A stretch of 64,000 nucleotides of DNA, from NCBI RefSeq assembly GCF_009914755.1, contig NC_060928.1, one strand, 5' to 3'. This DNA is from the human T2T-CHM13v2.0 reference genome, Homo sapiens. The notes beneath the pieces were generated by a model, which saw only the letters and a list, made by a program, of their open reading frames with translations, was not told where the DNA came from and did no database searches. The position numbers and the translations under genes are program-made. Shown here in pieces: positions 60,800 to 64,000 of the stretch; the stretch's first letter is position 1; each line of letters begins with the position of its first letter.

Positions 60800-61511
60800 T
60801 GCTGTGGTCTGAATGTTTGTCTTCCCTCCAAAATTCCTATGTTGAAATCCTTACCTTCAAGGTGTTGGTATTAGGAGGTGGGGCTTTGGGGAGGTAATTA
60901 GGTCATGAGGATGGAACCATCAGGAATGGGATTAGTGCCCTCTAAGGCACTAAGAAAAGGCTGGTGGGCTAGACTCAGTGACTCATGCCTGTAAGCCCAA
61001 CACTTTGGGAGGCTGAAGTGGAAGGATCATTTGAGGCTAGGAGTTTGAGACCAGCCTGGACAACATAAAAAGACCCTCATTCTCTACAAAAATAATAACG
61101 TAAAAAATTAACCAGGTATGGTAGCATGCCTCTGTAGTCCTAGCTACTTGGGAGGCTGGGGTAGAAGGATCCCTTGAGTTCAGGAGTTCGTGGTTAGAGT
61201 AAGCTGTGAGTGCACCACTGTACTCCAGCCTAGGAGACAGAACAAGACCCTGTCAGACAATCAATCAATCAATCAATACTTTTTAAAAGGCTGGAGAGAG
61301 AAGAGACCCTTCACCCCTTTTGCCATGTGAAGACACAGAAAGAAGGCACCATATATGAATAAGGAAGTGGGTCCTTACCAGACGCCAATCTACCGATGCA
61401 TTGTTCATGGACTTCCCAGCCTCCAGAACTCAGAAATAAATTTCTTCCTCTTCCATTTAAAAGTCACCCAGTTTGTGGTACTCTGTTATAGTATCCTCAA
61501 CAGATGAAGAA
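60800..61511 (+). mobile_element. MLT1A0-like LTR, interrupted by an AluJ
   Basis: TGCTGTGGTCTGAATGTTTGT...GTATTAGGAGGTGGGGC...GAATGGGATTAGTGCCCT...GGACTTCCCAGCCTCCAGAACT. Confidence 0.85.
60966..61280 (+). mobile_element. AluJ with (CAAT)n tail
   Basis: Diverged dimer; TSD AAAAGGCTGG. Confidence 0.9.
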
Positions 61512-61519
61512 AGTGTCCA

Positions 61520-62265
<746 letters not shown>

Positions 62266-62619
62266 TTTGCTACACAAGTTTGTAGAAGGCAGCCCTCCCC
62301 TCAGGCCTCCCCACTGTTGCCAGTTCATCTGTTAAATAGACAAGCTGGATTCCCAAGGGCCATGCACAGAGTCTCCTTGCTATTTTTCCTCAGCTCTATT
62401 CATGAAAATAAAATTAATTTTCTAGTCCATGAATTAAACATTGCTGCTGCCGGCTGAAAGATTTTAATAACAGCCTTTTGTTGACAAGAGAAGCAGGATC
62501 CCGACATGTTCTAAAATAAGCTACAAGGAGTCAGAAGGGTAGGAGGGGAAGCAAAGGGGAGGAGGCCATCAAAAGGAAAAACTGCAAAATCCCACTCAAG
62601 TCCAGCTTCTCTAAATGGT

Positions 62620-62780
62620 CAGCCTGTGGTTGAACTTGTGTGCAGATGAATCACCTGGAGATGTCGTTAAAATGCAGATAGTGATTCCGTGGGGTCGGTG
62701 AGGTCTGAGATTTGTTTTCTCTAACAAGCTCCCAGGTGATGCTGATGCTGGCGGTCTGAGGACCACACTTTGAGTAGCAA
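62620..62780 (-). mobile_element. MER5A
   Basis: GAATCACCTGG...GTTAAAATGCAGAT...TCTAACAAGCTCCCAGGTGATGCTGATGCTG...GACCACACTTTGAG. Confidence 0.85.
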
Positions 62781-63539
62781 GGCCCTTAAGGCTCAGGCAA
62801 CTGCAGCTGTAAGACTGTCTGCATGTTTGTTCTAAAGCTCTGGAATGTCTCCAGAGAGAAACCTGCAGCCTGCCAGGACCCACAGAGCCCTCCAACCTTT
62901 CTAGTAAGCAGCAGGCCCTGCAGTAGCCCCAACACCTGCAAAAATGGGCAGCGAGATATGAAGGAGGGCAGATCCATCTTCCCTGGAATGTGGGCTCGTG
63001 GGAATCAGCTGCTAAAGAAAGAATGAGGGGGAATGGGAACAACCCCCTCTCCACACATGTACCTTTTAGAAGCAGTGGAAAGAGTACAGGTCAAAGGAAG
63101 GAAGGGGAAGGAGGACAGGCTCTGGGTTTGGTCTGAGTTTGTGATAGCCTTAGGGGTTTTTTGTTGTTGTTGTTGTTAGTGTATTTGTTTGTTAGTAATT
63201 TTTCCCCCAGGACTGAGTCTGAGTCTGTGAAATCAAATGCCCAACTGAGACTTTATTCCAAGCCTCCCCTCAGCTCCATGCAGCCTGAGGCAGGCACTCA
63301 GCCCCACTTCAAGCCCACTAAAGAGTCAGGGACACTGGCACCCAATGAGATGTTTGTCCCAGTGTCTTTCCTGAATAACTTCACACATCCCACCGACAAG
63401 TGCTGGTCTAGAAATTGGGCTTGAGACTGTTCCTCCACACTAGAAATCATTGTTATGTGCGACGGGCTGAGAGGAGGAGGTGAGAGCCAGTGGGAAGGCT
63501 GCAGGGAGCCCTGGGCAGCCTCTCTTTCCACAAACCAGA

Positions 63540-63972
63540 TGAGGTCTGCTAAATCTTTTCACCACTGAGCAGAGACCTCCAGCACGTCTCCCTCTCCACG
63601 TTATGTTCCTCTCTCTCCACTCTACTCACCAGCCACGCTGAACAATTGAGTTCTTGAGCTGCCCTGCCCTGTCTCTCTTTCTCAGGACCTTTGCTCAGGT
63701 TGTGATGCCAGCTCACCCAGCCTCTCCACGACCAGCCCTGCACCTCCTGCCATGCTCCACTTGGCTCCTACCTTTGGGGAGCCTCCCAATTCCCCCTAAG
63801 CTGGCACTGATTCTCGGTCCCATGGCACTTGAGAATGGATGGTGTCTTGAGGGGTGTCACCTGTGCACCTATTTCTCCAACTGGCCTGTAAGTGCAATGA
63901 AGTCAAGGATGGTGCCAGCGCTTGGCAGGTAATGAGTAAGTAATAAATATTGTTGAATAAGGAAACTGAATA
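63540..63972 (+). mobile_element. L2 3' end, degenerate
   Basis: CTCAGGACCTTTGC...CTGTAAG...AATAAATATTGTTGAAT. Confidence 0.55.
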
Positions 63973-64000
63973 ATGGTTCTCAGCCCGCTGTGCATTAGAA

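Overview
Primate (very likely human or great ape) genomic DNA with no supportable protein-coding exon, tRNA, rRNA or CRISPR array. The ORF track is essentially Alu/L1/LTR read-through and chance frames. The window holds about 39 Alu-family elements, about 15 solo LTRs or LTR fragments (LTR8B-, MER34-, LTR1-, MER89-, LTR16-, MLT1- and MST-like), several L1 fragments including a young L1PA2-type 3' end, DNA-transposon relics (MER6, MER2, MER3, MER5, MER20, MER46C, MER91A) and MIR/L2 remnants. Unique stretches lie between them. Best leads: (1) a CpG-rich promoter-like element at ~31.9-32.3 kb with a strong minus-strand splice donor, plus other minus-strand exon candidates and a plus-strand LTR bias, which together hint at a minus-strand host gene or lncRNA; (2) a ~94%-identical local copy of the V-SINE-like core of MER6 placed 2.8 kb upstream of its donor; (3) a compact HIF/NF-kB/2xAP-1 motif cluster; (4) an ancient-type L1 3' end with a suspiciously perfect TSD. 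I found no convincing new biological system and could not identify the locus. Repeat subfamily names come from recalled consensus sequences and boundaries are approximate; both need RepeatMasker/Dfam confirmation.
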